Made by a program: the position numbers and the translations under genes
DNA from: a virus
Taxonomy: Duplodnaviria; Caudoviricetes
DNA length: 51,152 nucleotides
Virus record (IMG/VR): IMGVR_UViG_3300044822_000018
Location: 1-51,152 of that record
Direction: 5' to 3' (one strand)
In this document: piece after piece, positions 17,652-26,937 of the stretch
Layout: every line of letters begins with the position of its first letter
Numbering within the stretch: the stretch's first letter is position 1
Notes under the pieces: model-generated
Told to the model about the DNA's origin: nothing
Seen by the model: only the letters and a program-made list of their open reading frames with translations
The model's database searches: none

Positions 17652-19349
17652 TTGCAAGCAGAAAATAATCTTAACCGCCGTAGCGCGCAGATAAATCTCG
17701 CGCAATATCCGACAGATTGTTTGCTAACTAGAGTCTTGCCCGGAGTCAAGCAGCCAACAGCCAAAAAAGGCGAACAGGTAATTTATACGCCTGTTAAAGA
17801 GTTTGTCTTGGGTTTTGGCGAGAATTGCGGGCTGGGTTTAGCAGGCAAGTTTATATGCGTTGACATAGATCGGCCTGCTGATCCTGTAGCAGCCGAATAT
17901 TCGGCGCGTCTGCCTGTTACGTATACTGTCAAGACGCCTAGAGGCTGGCACTATTTGTTTCGTGTTCCGTCGGGTTGGACCGGCGCGAAGAAAAAAATCG
18001 CCTGTGGCGAGATTCTCACGTCGGGCTATATCGTGGGACCCGGAAGCTGGATTGAGCCGACTGAAGGGCATCCTGGGGGCGAATACCGGCTCGTAAACTT
18101 CTGCGATCCCGTGCCCGCCCCCGATTGGCTCTTAGACTTAGCGCGGCGTGACCCGGAGCCTAGTTTAGACGTAACGCGGACGGGGACGGAGCGCGACCGC
18201 ATCCTCGATGGTGAGCGCGACGATGCGTTGACGGCACTCGCCGGTTCGATGCGCCGCCAGGGCTATAGCGAAGATGCGATGCGCGCCATGTTGAGCGCCA
18301 TCGTTGAGAGCGGCGTCGTCGAGCAGCCGCCTGGGCGCGAGGTGACCGAGCGCGACGTAGCGCGCATCGCGCGTTCGATGGCGCAGCATCAAACAGGCGG
18401 CAGCACAGTTCCCGAGATTGCACTGTTGCCCGACAAGTGGACGACCGGCGCAGACGTATCGCGTGATTTTGAAAAACTAGAATGGGTCTTGCCAGGGTTT
18501 ATCCCGGCTGTTGGTTTAACCGTGTTATACGGCGATGGCAAGATCGGTAAAAGCTCTTGGGCGTCGTGGCTTGCGTCAGCCGTATCGCGGACAGGCAAAA
18601 AAGTCATCATGGTCCCGTCAGGCGAAGAAACTTTTAAGCAATTTGTTCAACGTGCTAGACTTACTGACTGTGAAGATTCCCTGTTTGTCTGTTGGCCTGG
18701 CGAAGCGCGCTTTGTTTTGCCCAAGTCCGTGCGTGAATTAAATCATGCAATAGAACTGCTCAAAGACGTAGGTTTAATTTACATAGATGCGTTGTACTCT
18801 CACTTTGGGGACACTCCGGGATTACACGCCGGAGAACGTGCGCGCTATAATTTGCAGGCTTTGGCGCAACTTGCGTTAGACCGACGTATCGCGGTACTTG
18901 GCACGATCCACGAAAACGCCTCGGGCGGCCTGTTGGGTTCGCGCGAGATGCGAAACGTAGCGCGCAGCTTGATTCATGCCAAACGCAAACCCGGAGGCGA
19001 CTTCACAATATGGTCGGACGGTTCCAATGGCTTTTCTAGCGATTTCGGTGTTAGTTTTCCAGGTGTTGCTGTGCCTGTCCTGGATAGTAATAATCGGCCT
19101 GTTGTGTTTACTGACTTATTTGGTCAGAATCATCCGCAAGCTGTGTGGGTTCTCAGACTTGGCGAAAAAATCGGTGCCCCCGATACTATAACAGTTGACG
19201 ACATCTCTAAAACGCCTGTTGAGTTAATCCGCGAATATTTAATCTTAAATCCCGGCGCAAGCAACGCCCAGATCGCCGACGCTCTGAGCATGGGCAAGTC
19301 CACTGTCGATAGGCACGCGCGCGAGGCTAGGTCTACGCTTGCTAACTAA
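17652..19349 (+). CDS. bifunctional primase-polymerase fused to PriCT and RecA-type (AAA_25-like) helicase
   Basis: CVDID, KTPRGWHYLF, GYIVGPGS (Prim-Pol); GERDDALTALAG (PriCT); YGDGKIGKS Walker A; C-terminal HTH. Confidence 0.88.
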   Translation: MQAENNLNRRSAQINLAQYPTDCLLTRVLPGVKQPTAKKGEQVIYTPVKEFVLGFGENCGLGLAGKFICVDIDRPADPVAAEYSARLPVTYTVKTPRGWHYLFRVPSGWTGAKKKIACGEILTSGYIVGPGSWIEPTEGHPGGEYRLVNFCDPVPAPDWLLDLARRDPEPSLDVTRTGTERDRILDGERDDALTALAGSMRRQGYSEDAMRAMLSAIVESGVVEQPPGREVTERDVARIARSMAQHQTGGSTVPEIALLPDKWTTGADVSRDFEKLEWVLPGFIPAVGLTVLYGDGKIGKSSWASWLASAVSRTGKKVIMVPSGEETFKQFVQRARLTDCEDSLFVCWPGEARFVLPKSVRELNHAIELLKDVGLIYIDALYSHFGDTPGLHAGERARYNLQALAQLALDRRIAVLGTIHENASGGLLGSREMRNVARSLIHAKRKPGGDFTIWSDGSNGFSSDFGVSFPGVAVPVLDSNNRPVVFTDLFGQNHPQAVWVLRLGEKIGAPDTITVDDISKTPVELIREYLILNPGASNAQIADALSMGKSTVDRHAREARSTLAN

Positions 19350-19358
19350 GCAGAGTCG

Positions 19359-19414
19359 CCACACTCACACACTCACACTCTCTAGTATATAGGGGTGCGA
19401 GTGTGTGAGTGTGG
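19359..19414. repeat. long inverted repeat of CACACT units, candidate replication origin
   Basis: CCACACTCACACACTCACAC ... GTGCGAGTGTGTGAGTGTGG, 20-bp arms with one mismatch around an AT-rich centre. Confidence 0.7.
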
Positions 19415-19482
19415 TTGCCTTGGACACCGAGCAAGCGTCGAGTCTTGAGAATAGTTCTCAATAGCGAATTGTATGGCATCGC

Positions 19483-19511
19483 TTGACACGGTTAATTATT
19501 AGCGGTATAAT
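19483..19511 (+). promoter_or_regulatory. consensus sigma70 promoter
   Basis: TTGACA-17 nt-TATAAT. Confidence 0.9.
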
Positions 19512-19546
19512 TAAAGCACGACACTCCACAACTGCTGAGGTGAAAA

Positions 19547-19930
19547 GTGGATCAAGACAAGTTATTCGCAGAACTCAGAAATATCGTCAGCGAAACCTCC
19601 GAGGCGTCCGACGCGCTAGACTTAGTGTCGGAACAGGTTCAAGTGGCTTTAGCGATGTCAAAGATCGCCGGGGCCATGATGGAGAACGCCGACGAAATCG
19701 ACAAGCTCTGCTTAAGCGCGGATCATGCTTTCGGCGGACACCAGTTCTTGCTTGTGTACGGCGCGCTTGTGAATATGCTGATGGTCGGCGTATATCACAG
19801 CCGCAAAGTCGATGCCCAACGGTACAAGACGGCCAAAGGCCAAAGACTGGCGGCTATCTACAACAAAGCCATCGTCGAGTATGCCAAGCGCGGCCTTGAC
19901 GAAATGCTCGTAACGACACTCGACGACTAA
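19547..19930 (+). CDS. hypothetical protein
   Basis: 127 aa, GAGG RBS, first gene after the promoter. Confidence 0.7.
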   Translation: MDQDKLFAELRNIVSETSEASDALDLVSEQVQVALAMSKIAGAMMENADEIDKLCLSADHAFGGHQFLLVYGALVNMLMVGVYHSRKVDAQRYKTAKGQRLAAIYNKAIVEYAKRGLDEMLVTTLDD

Positions 19931-20355
19931 TGGACGAGAAAGCAGGCGAAGATGCGGAGCGGTCGGTGAGCGACCTGCATAGTCCGGTCGTTTACCTGGA
20001 AGAAGCGCGTCACGTGCTGCGCAACATCCGCAAGGCGCTTCAAGTCCCCGAAGCAGAATCGATTACGGAATATGCGCGCTTGCACTTTGCGCGCTCCGTC
20101 GTCGCGTGTGACATCTACAACATCATGGACTCGATGCCGGAGGGTGTCGGCGAGGCGTTCATCCGCGACCGCATCATGGCCGCGCTCGCGAAGTTCCCTG
20201 CTCGGAACGCGGGAAGCGTGACCCCGGTCGTCATTGACGGCGCAACGTACAATCGCGTTGACGACGCACGTAAAACTCTCGAACAGCGGCTTCAAGAACT
20301 CGCCGACGCCTGTTCTTTGCCCGATGTTGAGCCGCAGGCCGAAGAACAAGCATGA
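19930..20355 (+). CDS. hypothetical protein
   Basis: 141 aa, TAATG and ATGA coupling. Confidence 0.7.
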   Translation: MDEKAGEDAERSVSDLHSPVVYLEEARHVLRNIRKALQVPEAESITEYARLHFARSVVACDIYNIMDSMPEGVGEAFIRDRIMAALAKFPARNAGSVTPVVIDGATYNRVDDARKTLEQRLQELADACSLPDVEPQAEEQA

Positions 20356-21752
20356 CGCCGAACTATCCGCATCAAGACTACGAGATTAAAAACTTCGGGC
20401 GCGCACCAAAGCGCGCCCTTTTTTGGTCGCCGCGAACAGGCAAGACACGCGCTGCGATACAGAGCGCACTCGAAGCTCGCGTCTATGACTTGCTTGTGAT
20501 AGCGCCGCTGTCAACGTGCCCTCAATGGGCCACCGCGCTCGAAGAGCATGGCCTGCCGGTCGTGCGCGGCTATGCCATGAATCGCGGACCGTTGCTCGCG
20601 GCCTTGCGTAAGCGCACAGGCGTCGTCGTGCTGTCCTGGCGACGCATCTCGGCCAAGAACCCCGAAGATCGCAAGCGCGGACGCCCAAGCAGCATCGCAG
20701 AAAGATTACTTGCCTGCAACTTTACTGGTATAATATGCGACGAATCGCACAACATGGCGAGCCCTAGCGCCGATCAAGCAAGATTAGCCAGGCGCTTGTG
20801 CTGGCAAGCTCCGTGGGTTCGCCTGTTAACAGGCACACCGGCAGCGAATCACTATGGCTCTTTGTGGGGGCAACTAAGCGCCTTAGACAAAGACGCATTT
20901 GGCGGAAGCTATGAAAAATTTGCTCAGAGATACTTGGTTCGCGATACGATGTTCCCTTCGCGTGTTCTCGGCCATTTACCGACTGTCGAGAACGAACTGC
21001 GGCCAAAAATGCTCCCATACATATCTATCGTCAGACGGGATGATGTTTTCGGGCCAGATAAATACGAAGAAAACGTCAGAATCGTGGATTTACCCCCCAA
21101 CGCTATTAGAATATATCGAACGCTTGCGACAAAGTGGTTGATCGACGACCTGTTGCAAGTTGACGCTACGCAAATACTCAAGCGCCTTGTGCGTTTGCAA
21201 CAGGTAGCAGCAGGCTTCGTCAAAGACGATGACGGCTTTATTCACAACCTGCATACGGCAAAAATCGACGCCGTGACCGAAGATTTAGCTAAGATCACCG
21301 AGAGCGACGAAAAAGCCGTCGTCTTTCACAGGTTTAGATGGGAAGGCGAACAGTTAATCAAGCGCGCCAAAACTCTAGGGGTGCCAGTCTATGAGATTAA
21401 CGGCGATACGCCTGTCGCCGAGCGCAGTATTTGCCTGTCAGAGATGGCAAAACCAGGCGCTAAGATCGCTGTCGTGCAAACCAAGTCTGGCGGAGTTGGT
21501 ATTAGTTTTGCAGAAGTACCGTACCAGTTGGTACTCTCTCAGTCTTTCAGTTTTACAGACGAAGAACAGGCACATGATCGCACATATAAGCCGCACACCG
21601 CGCGCTTTGTGACGTATTACAGAACTAGCGGAACCGTTGACGAATTTATCGCATCGGTGCTAAAATCCAAGCAGAGTTTGCGCACCGCCGTAACGCGCGC
21701 AGATTTAGAAGCGATGGCGTTCGGCACAATCAAAAAGATGAGGATGAAGTGA
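20352..21752 (+). CDS. SNF2-like SF2 helicase
   Basis: SPRTGKT, ICDESH, LLTGTP, SGGVGISF, EQAHDR. Confidence 0.9.
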   Translation: MTPNYPHQDYEIKNFGRAPKRALFWSPRTGKTRAAIQSALEARVYDLLVIAPLSTCPQWATALEEHGLPVVRGYAMNRGPLLAALRKRTGVVVLSWRRISAKNPEDRKRGRPSSIAERLLACNFTGIICDESHNMASPSADQARLARRLCWQAPWVRLLTGTPAANHYGSLWGQLSALDKDAFGGSYEKFAQRYLVRDTMFPSRVLGHLPTVENELRPKMLPYISIVRRDDVFGPDKYEENVRIVDLPPNAIRIYRTLATKWLIDDLLQVDATQILKRLVRLQQVAAGFVKDDDGFIHNLHTAKIDAVTEDLAKITESDEKAVVFHRFRWEGEQLIKRAKTLGVPVYEINGDTPVAERSICLSEMAKPGAKIAVVQTKSGGVGISFAEVPYQLVLSQSFSFTDEEQAHDRTYKPHTARFVTYYRTSGTVDEFIASVLKSKQSLRTAVTRADLEAMAFGTIKKMRMK

Positions 21753-21943
21753 AAGAGTTTAAAAACGACATCAATACGCCTGTTGTTGTAGAAAACAGGC
21801 AAAAGCAGCAGGCGAAAGAAAAACTCGCCGAAATCAAAAAAGCGAGCAACAAAACATTTTTTTGGGACAAGCGAGATAAACAAATTACGCCGCAAGAACT
21901 GTTTGACCTTATGGAGCAAGCCGGTTTCGAGTTGCCGCTGTGA
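21749..21943 (+). CDS. hypothetical protein
   Basis: 64 aa, GTGA overlaps. Confidence 0.6.
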   Translation: MKEFKNDINTPVVVENRQKQQAKEKLAEIKKASNKTFFWDKRDKQITPQELFDLMEQAGFELPL

Positions 21944-22113
21944 ACGACTACTTAGAACTATACTACTCGTCTGAGCCCGCCGAACACGTTCACGCCTACG
22001 AGTTTGTGCCAGGGGGTATACAAATAGATTGGCGCGTTCAAGGCTGGCGCATCGTGCGGTACTGCGCGGGCTGCGACTGTTACGAAGCCGTCACGGTGGC
22101 GTTCAATGACTAA
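21940..22113 (+). CDS. 57-aa protein with CxxC (not in ORF track)
   Basis: MNDYLELYYSSEPAEHVHAY...YCAGCDCYEAVTVAFND*; fills the gap with overlaps. Confidence 0.55.
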   Translation: MNDYLELYYSSEPAEHVHAYEFVPGGIQIDWRVQGWRIVRYCAGCDCYEAVTVAFND

Positions 22114-22345
22114 AAAGCTCGCGCTTGTTTTAGCTCTGGCGGGTTGCGCTCCTTCGGGGGCGCAGGCGGTCAAGCCGACTGTTATAGGCCAGTGGTGCGC
22201 GCCGCTGCCCAACCACAAAAGCGTCTGCGTCACACACGCAAACGCGAAAATCAAAGCCGTCATACGCTATTGCGCCGTGCGTTACGACAACGACAAGCAT
22301 CTTATTGCCTGTATTACTTCAGGCATGAAAGCAAAGAAATCATGA
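22106..22345 (+). CDS. putative lipoprotein
   Basis: MTKKLALVLALAG-C lipobox; four further Cys. Confidence 0.65.
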   Translation: MTKKLALVLALAGCAPSGAQAVKPTVIGQWCAPLPNHKSVCVTHANAKIKAVIRYCAVRYDNDKHLIACITSGMKAKKS

Positions 22346-22572
22346 TGCTGGATTGCATACAACAGGCATTACAGGCACAACCGCGTTTAACCCGCAGACA
22401 GTTAGATGTTTTAGTTTACACAGCAAAAGGTATGCCTGCAAAACAAATCGCCAAAACTCTTGGCATCGGAGAGCAAACAGTTAGGCACACAGCTTGGCGA
22501 CTTTACAAAAAACTAGGCGTCAAGAACAGTTTACAGGCAGCAATCTACGCTGCCAGGGCGGGGTACGTATGA
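22342..22572 (+). CDS. stand-alone LuxR-type HTH regulator
   Basis: LTRRQLDVL...G...KQIAKTLGIGEQTVRH...LYKKLGVKN. Confidence 0.85.
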   Translation: MMLDCIQQALQAQPRLTRRQLDVLVYTAKGMPAKQIAKTLGIGEQTVRHTAWRLYKKLGVKNSLQAAIYAARAGYV

Positions 22573-22724
22573 TGCCGGTGCCCTATTTTGGCAACGAAAA
22601 CGCTCCTGACGTGACGCAAGACGACGGAACAGACGAAACCAACATAGATTTTTTTGACGAAATACCCGAGTACGGCGACGACGAGGACACCGGAATGGGT
22701 AGCCCAACAGGTGAGGATATATGA
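22569..22724 (+). CDS. 51-aa highly acidic micro-protein
   Basis: MMPVPYFGNENAPDVTQDDGTDETNIDFFDEIPEYGDDEDTGMGSPTGEDI; ATGA overlaps. Confidence 0.6.
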   Translation: MMPVPYFGNENAPDVTQDDGTDETNIDFFDEIPEYGDDEDTGMGSPTGEDI

Positions 22725-22831
22725 ACGACCACTTTGAGTTTTACATTCTTATCGTCGTAATTGCATCATCGTTAGGCATAATCATTGGAAATGTGCTAGG
22801 TATGCTATGGATAATCAAAAAGTCGAAGTAG
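22721..22831 (+). CDS. 36-aa single-TM peptide (not in ORF track)
   Basis: MNDHFEFYILIVVIASSLGIIIGNVLGMLWIIKKSK*; GAGGA RBS. Confidence 0.55.
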   Translation: MNDHFEFYILIVVIASSLGIIIGNVLGMLWIIKKSK

Positions 22832-22971
22832 CTCAACAGGTGAGGACATTTGAAATGGAAGATGAATACGTTTGCGAAAACTGCGGACCCGAAATAGAGT
22901 GCGAAGAATGTGAAGCCTGCGGCGAGTGTCTAAACGGTGACTGCTATTGTGAGAACGAGGATGGAGGATGA
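22807..22971 (+). CDS. acidic 8-Cys micro-protein (not in ORF track)
   Basis: ...MEDEYVCENCGPEIECEECEACGECLNGDCYCENEDGG*; alternative start 22855 with GAGGA RBS. Confidence 0.55.
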   Translation: MDNQKVEVAQQVRTFEMEDEYVCENCGPEIECEECEACGECLNGDCYCENEDGG

Positions 22972-23318
22972 TGGATAGCCACGTTGACATAGCCTTTCGT
23001 AACCCTATACCCGCGCCTGTTCCACATCGCGCTCAACTGTTGCGTGATGCGACTTATGCTATACAGCTTTACGATGCGGCTAACTCAGCGCAACACGCGC
23101 GAAATCCTAACTGGCATGAGTTTGATCCGGTCTATAAGCCTGTTTCTCATAGCGGCGAACTAGGCTACGCCGCAGGGTTTTTGTGTGTCGATGCGGCTTT
23201 ACATGGTGCGATCAACTTGCTACACTTAGGCCCCAAAGCACACAACGCCGCTGATATATGGATGGCAACGCAGAGTGCAACAGGCATACTCAATACCAAT
23301 TCCAACAGACTCAAGTAA
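22968..23318 (+). CDS. hypothetical protein
   Basis: 116 aa, ATGA overlap, GGAGG upstream. Confidence 0.6.
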   Translation: MMDSHVDIAFRNPIPAPVPHRAQLLRDATYAIQLYDAANSAQHARNPNWHEFDPVYKPVSHSGELGYAAGFLCVDAALHGAINLLHLGPKAHNAADIWMATQSATGILNTNSNRLK

Positions 23319-25527
23319 CTGCACAGTTTGCCCAAGACACGCGAAATGCGCCTCGCCGGAGCTTGTTTCGAACGGCAACAGACGCGCGAAGGTCATGGTC
23401 GTAGGGCCAGGGCCTTCTTCGCGTGACGATACGCTAGGCGCGGCGTTCTCTGACTCGTCGGGACGCCTCTTGCGCGCGATGTTGGCCGACGCTGGGTTTG
23501 AGCTCGATGACGTGTTTTACTCGAACGCGGTGCGCTGCGGCGGTAAGCCGCCGACGCCGAGCGAAATAGACGCCTGTAGACCCTGGTTGGCCGCCGACAT
23601 AGCCGAAGTACAGCCGCAGGCGATCATCGCGCTTGGCGACCCTGCGCTGCGCGCTCTAACGAAGCTCTCGGGCCTTCAGACTAAGCGCGGTTCCTCGTAT
23701 AAGCTACACGCGAGTCTGAGCCCGCACACGTCCGAAGAAATCGTCTGGCCGACGTACTCACCGGCCTACGTCGCGATGTATCCGCAAGCGCGCCACACGG
23801 TTGTCGCAGACCTGCGCCGCGTTCGGGACAGAACCAAACAGGCAGAAGAAATACCTTGGGAATGGTGGGACGGTGCTGCGCTACCGCCAGGGCCTTACGG
23901 TTTTGACATAGAGACAGATTGGGACCGCAAGACTAAAACAGGCGGCGACAATATGATTCAATGCGCCGTTGCTGTGTCTAATCGCGTGTTTGTCGCATAC
24001 GGCCCAGAACAGGCAAAGCTCTTAGCACAACAATTAACAGGCGAGGTTTACACGTTAAATGGCTGGAAATTCGACAACCCAAAATGTCGGGCACTTGGAA
24101 TTGCCGTTCCGCATGGTGTGGACGTTATGGGAATGGCGTATTTGGATGACGAAACGCAACCCTTGGGACTCGAATCGCTCGCAGTTAAATATTTGGGCGT
24201 CCGGGGATGGAAGGACTTGCGTGACGCTGAACCTGGTACTGATGAGTTTGCCCTTTACAACGCGAAAGATAGTTATTACACTCTATTGCTTGCGCTTAAA
24301 CTCCGAAATGTCCTGGGAAAACGGACAGCCTTAATCACGCACGTTATGTCACCGGCCAGGCTTGCGCTCGACGCTTGTACGGAGAGAGGAGTACCGCTAA
24401 ATGCTGGAGCCATACAGCGAGCAAGAGATTCTTACGTCGCCGCCTTACATAGCGAACATGATGAGGTTATACAACTTGCATGTGCAAGCGGCTACACAGA
24501 ACACAACCCTAACAGTACCGCCGAAGTCGGAGCAATACTTACGGCGCGGGGAATACACCTTTCACATACGCCCTCCGGCAAACTCGCAACAGGTAAAGGC
24601 GTGTTGCAGGAGGCCGGGGGAGATGCGTATGCTGCTGCGCTACTTTCATATCGTGAGGCTCGCAAGGCGCTATCCACCTATGTGGAACCGTATGAGCGGG
24701 CAATTCAAAGTACGGGCCGCGTTCACCCGGAGTACACCATCTGGCGGACTGTTACGAATCGTACGAGTGCGCGTAATCCGAACGTCCAAAACTTGCCCAG
24801 AAACCTCAAAGATTTCTTCAACGTCACTAGCGTTGATTACTCAGCTATTGAGTTCCGCCTTGCAGCGTGGTGCGCCGGAGAAACCGGCATCCTGCGACGT
24901 TTTGCCGAAAACCCGGCGTGGGACCCGCACCGTTACTTCGCGGCGCTTTTTTACAACAAGCCAGAGAGTGAAGTTACAAAGAGCGAAAGGCAAGTGGCTA
25001 AGTCCGCTAACTTTTCGCAACTCTACATGGGAAACGGCGATACTCTGCAAGCGTACGCCGGGAAGATGGGCATCGTATTGGACAGCCGAACGTGTCACGA
25101 CATTCATCATAGATGGCATGCCACGTTCCCCGCGTTCCGTCATTTCTACCAGCAAACCCTGGTGGAACTTATGGAGTGCGGCTATGTCGAAACGGCCACG
25201 GGCTATCGGCGGCATTATGGTGACTTCCGCGCTCTACCGCCAATTAGGCGAACTGCAGCGTTACGAGAGTGCGTTAATGTCAAAGTCCAAACTCTAGCGG
25301 CGCACGTCGCGCTGATCGGCCTGGCCGAATGTCACAGGCAAGGTTTGCCTGTTTGCGGATTCATTCACGACGCGAATCTTTTTGACTTCAAGACTAAGCG
25401 AGAAGCCCTTGACGCGATGCCGTTAATTGAGTATTGTATGATTACGCATCCGGTAAAAGTCTTGCGTGAACACTTTAACGTAAATCTCGATGTTCCCTTG
25501 ATTGTGGAGGCGACATTCGCGGCGTGA
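23275..25527 (+). CDS. polA: family-A DNA polymerase with N-terminal family-4 UDG-like domain and 3'-5' exonuclease
   Basis: UDG-like CTVC..GPGPS..NAVRC..DAC..TYSPAY; exonuclease FDIETD, NGWKFD, YNAKD; polymerase motifs DYSAIEFR, RQVAKSANFSQLY, IHD. Confidence 0.92.
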   Translation: MQQAYSIPIPTDSSNCTVCPRHAKCASPELVSNGNRRAKVMVVGPGPSSRDDTLGAAFSDSSGRLLRAMLADAGFELDDVFYSNAVRCGGKPPTPSEIDACRPWLAADIAEVQPQAIIALGDPALRALTKLSGLQTKRGSSYKLHASLSPHTSEEIVWPTYSPAYVAMYPQARHTVVADLRRVRDRTKQAEEIPWEWWDGAALPPGPYGFDIETDWDRKTKTGGDNMIQCAVAVSNRVFVAYGPEQAKLLAQQLTGEVYTLNGWKFDNPKCRALGIAVPHGVDVMGMAYLDDETQPLGLESLAVKYLGVRGWKDLRDAEPGTDEFALYNAKDSYYTLLLALKLRNVLGKRTALITHVMSPARLALDACTERGVPLNAGAIQRARDSYVAALHSEHDEVIQLACASGYTEHNPNSTAEVGAILTARGIHLSHTPSGKLATGKGVLQEAGGDAYAAALLSYREARKALSTYVEPYERAIQSTGRVHPEYTIWRTVTNRTSARNPNVQNLPRNLKDFFNVTSVDYSAIEFRLAAWCAGETGILRRFAENPAWDPHRYFAALFYNKPESEVTKSERQVAKSANFSQLYMGNGDTLQAYAGKMGIVLDSRTCHDIHHRWHATFPAFRHFYQQTLVELMECGYVETATGYRRHYGDFRALPPIRRTAALRECVNVKVQTLAAHVALIGLAECHRQGLPVCGFIHDANLFDFKTKREALDAMPLIEYCMITHPVKVLREHFNVNLDVPLIVEATFAA

Positions 25528-25919
25528 GGGCTTTCAAATTTATCGGCAATCCTATTGACAACTTGTACGGGCGCGCTGCCAGTACACTACCAACATTTGA
25601 GGAGATTAAACCCGTGACTACCGTACTCGAAAAGTCAGACCTGCTTAGTCGGCTCGACGCGCTCGAACCCGTCAAACGTACCAACAAAGGCGGCGGGGGC
25701 CGTCCTCCGGCATACAGCGTCGCTGACGTTGAAGCGTTTTACTCCGCGCGTTCACGCGGCATCTCTTGGGCGCAGATCAACGGCGTTCTCGACAAGCCGC
25801 TAAAGCGCCCAGGATCGCTCGCACAAAGCGTTCACGCTGCCGCCGAGCGGCATGGCATCCCGACCCAACGCGCCGCGCGTGCGCCGAAGAAAGTTCACAT
25901 TCTCGACACACCGGCTTAG
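25524..25919 (+). CDS. hypothetical, possible HTH DNA-binding protein
   Basis: GRPPAY...RSRGISWAQINGVL. Confidence 0.55.
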   Translation: MRAFKFIGNPIDNLYGRAASTLPTFEEIKPVTTVLEKSDLLSRLDALEPVKRTNKGGGGRPPAYSVADVEAFYSARSRGISWAQINGVLDKPLKRPGSLAQSVHAAAERHGIPTQRAARAPKKVHILDTPA

Positions 25920-26004
25920 GCCCCGGCGGACAGTTTCAGCGGTTTATGCGGGGCCGCTGCCTCCGCTTTCCTGACACGTCGCCTGTCGTGTGGGGACAAC
26001 AGGC

Positions 26005-26045
26005 AAAACCCCTTGACGGTTTAAGAGTGCCGTCAAGGGGTTTTT
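26005..26045 (+). terminator. intrinsic terminator (possibly bidirectional)
   Basis: AAAACCCCTTGACGG-loop-CCGTCAAGGGGTTTTT. Confidence 0.85.
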
Positions 26046-26047
26046 GT

Positions 26048-26076
26048 TTGACACTTTTGTAATTTTATGGTATCAT
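26048..26076 (+). promoter_or_regulatory. sigma70 promoter with extended -10
   Basis: TTGACA-17 nt-TATCAT preceded by TG; AGGAGG RBS follows. Confidence 0.85.
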
Positions 26077-26091
26077 TGGGCAGGAGGATAT

Positions 26092-26937
26092 ATGAACGAT
26101 TTTGTTATTAGTGCGTCCGCTCTAAGCGCGTTCAAGCGTTGCCCGAAAAGCTATTACTTCGGCTACGAACAGGCGCTAACAGTCATCGAACAAAAAGAGG
26201 CTCTAACCAACGGCATCGACTTTCACACGTATGCCGCCGACTATGCGATCTATCGGCGCGATGGCGTGGAGCCTGACTTCGGCAAGTACGACAACGACAA
26301 GATGTACGAAGTATTCAACGCATGGGTTAGGCATCGCGGCGCGACAGAGTTTGACAACATGGCCGAGATTTTGCACGTCGAAGAACCCATGTTCACCGAA
26401 CTGTTGCCCGGCGTTCAACTCCGCACGACGTTAGACTTAGTTTATCGCGACAAAAACGGCTGGATCGTAATTCGCGACTACAAGACGTTCGCAAAGATGC
26501 CGTCGCTCGACGCTAGTCTCGATTTTCAAGCGCGCATTTACATCGCTGCGATCATGCGTAAGTACCAGACTGAAAACGTCAAGTTTGAACACGTCTACGT
26601 TCGGCGCGACCTGTTCCACGAAGGCAAACAGTCTCACGTCGCCTGGACGCCCGAAGAATCTTACGTCTACGAAGAAATCGTTATCCCGCGCGCCGAGGCC
26701 GATCGGCTCTGGAAAGAAACGCAATACGTGGCGGGTATTATTCTAGACGCAACAGGTACGAACATCTTTTACAGAGTTGACCTTAAAGGCACGTCGCCGT
26801 TTACGTGCGGGTCGTGCTTTTACAAGACGGTCTGTGCAGCCGAGAATCAGAACGGCGGCATGGATGGCCTAGACCTCGAAGAACTAGACTATCGCGTCAA
26901 CAGAAACGAGCGCAATCAACAAGAGATACCAGCATGA
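26092..26937 (+). CDS. PD-(D/E)xK Cas4/RecB-like exonuclease
   Basis: SASALSAFKRCPK, LDLVY, IRDYKT, QARIY, CGSCFYKTVC; ATG after AGGAGG. Confidence 0.88.
   Translation: MNDFVISASALSAFKRCPKSYYFGYEQALTVIEQKEALTNGIDFHTYAADYAIYRRDGVEPDFGKYDNDKMYEVFNAWVRHRGATEFDNMAEILHVEEPMFTELLPGVQLRTTLDLVYRDKNGWIVIRDYKTFAKMPSLDASLDFQARIYIAAIMRKYQTENVKFEHVYVRRDLFHEGKQSHVAWTPEESYVYEEIVIPRAEADRLWKETQYVAGIILDATGTNIFYRVDLKGTSPFTCGSCFYKTVCAAENQNGGMDGLDLEELDYRVNRNERNQQEIPA

Noticed and set aside
24401-25297. 298-aa same-strand alternative-frame ORF inside polA
   Set aside because: No RBS or recognisable motif; R/S/T-rich composition typical of a shadow frame.
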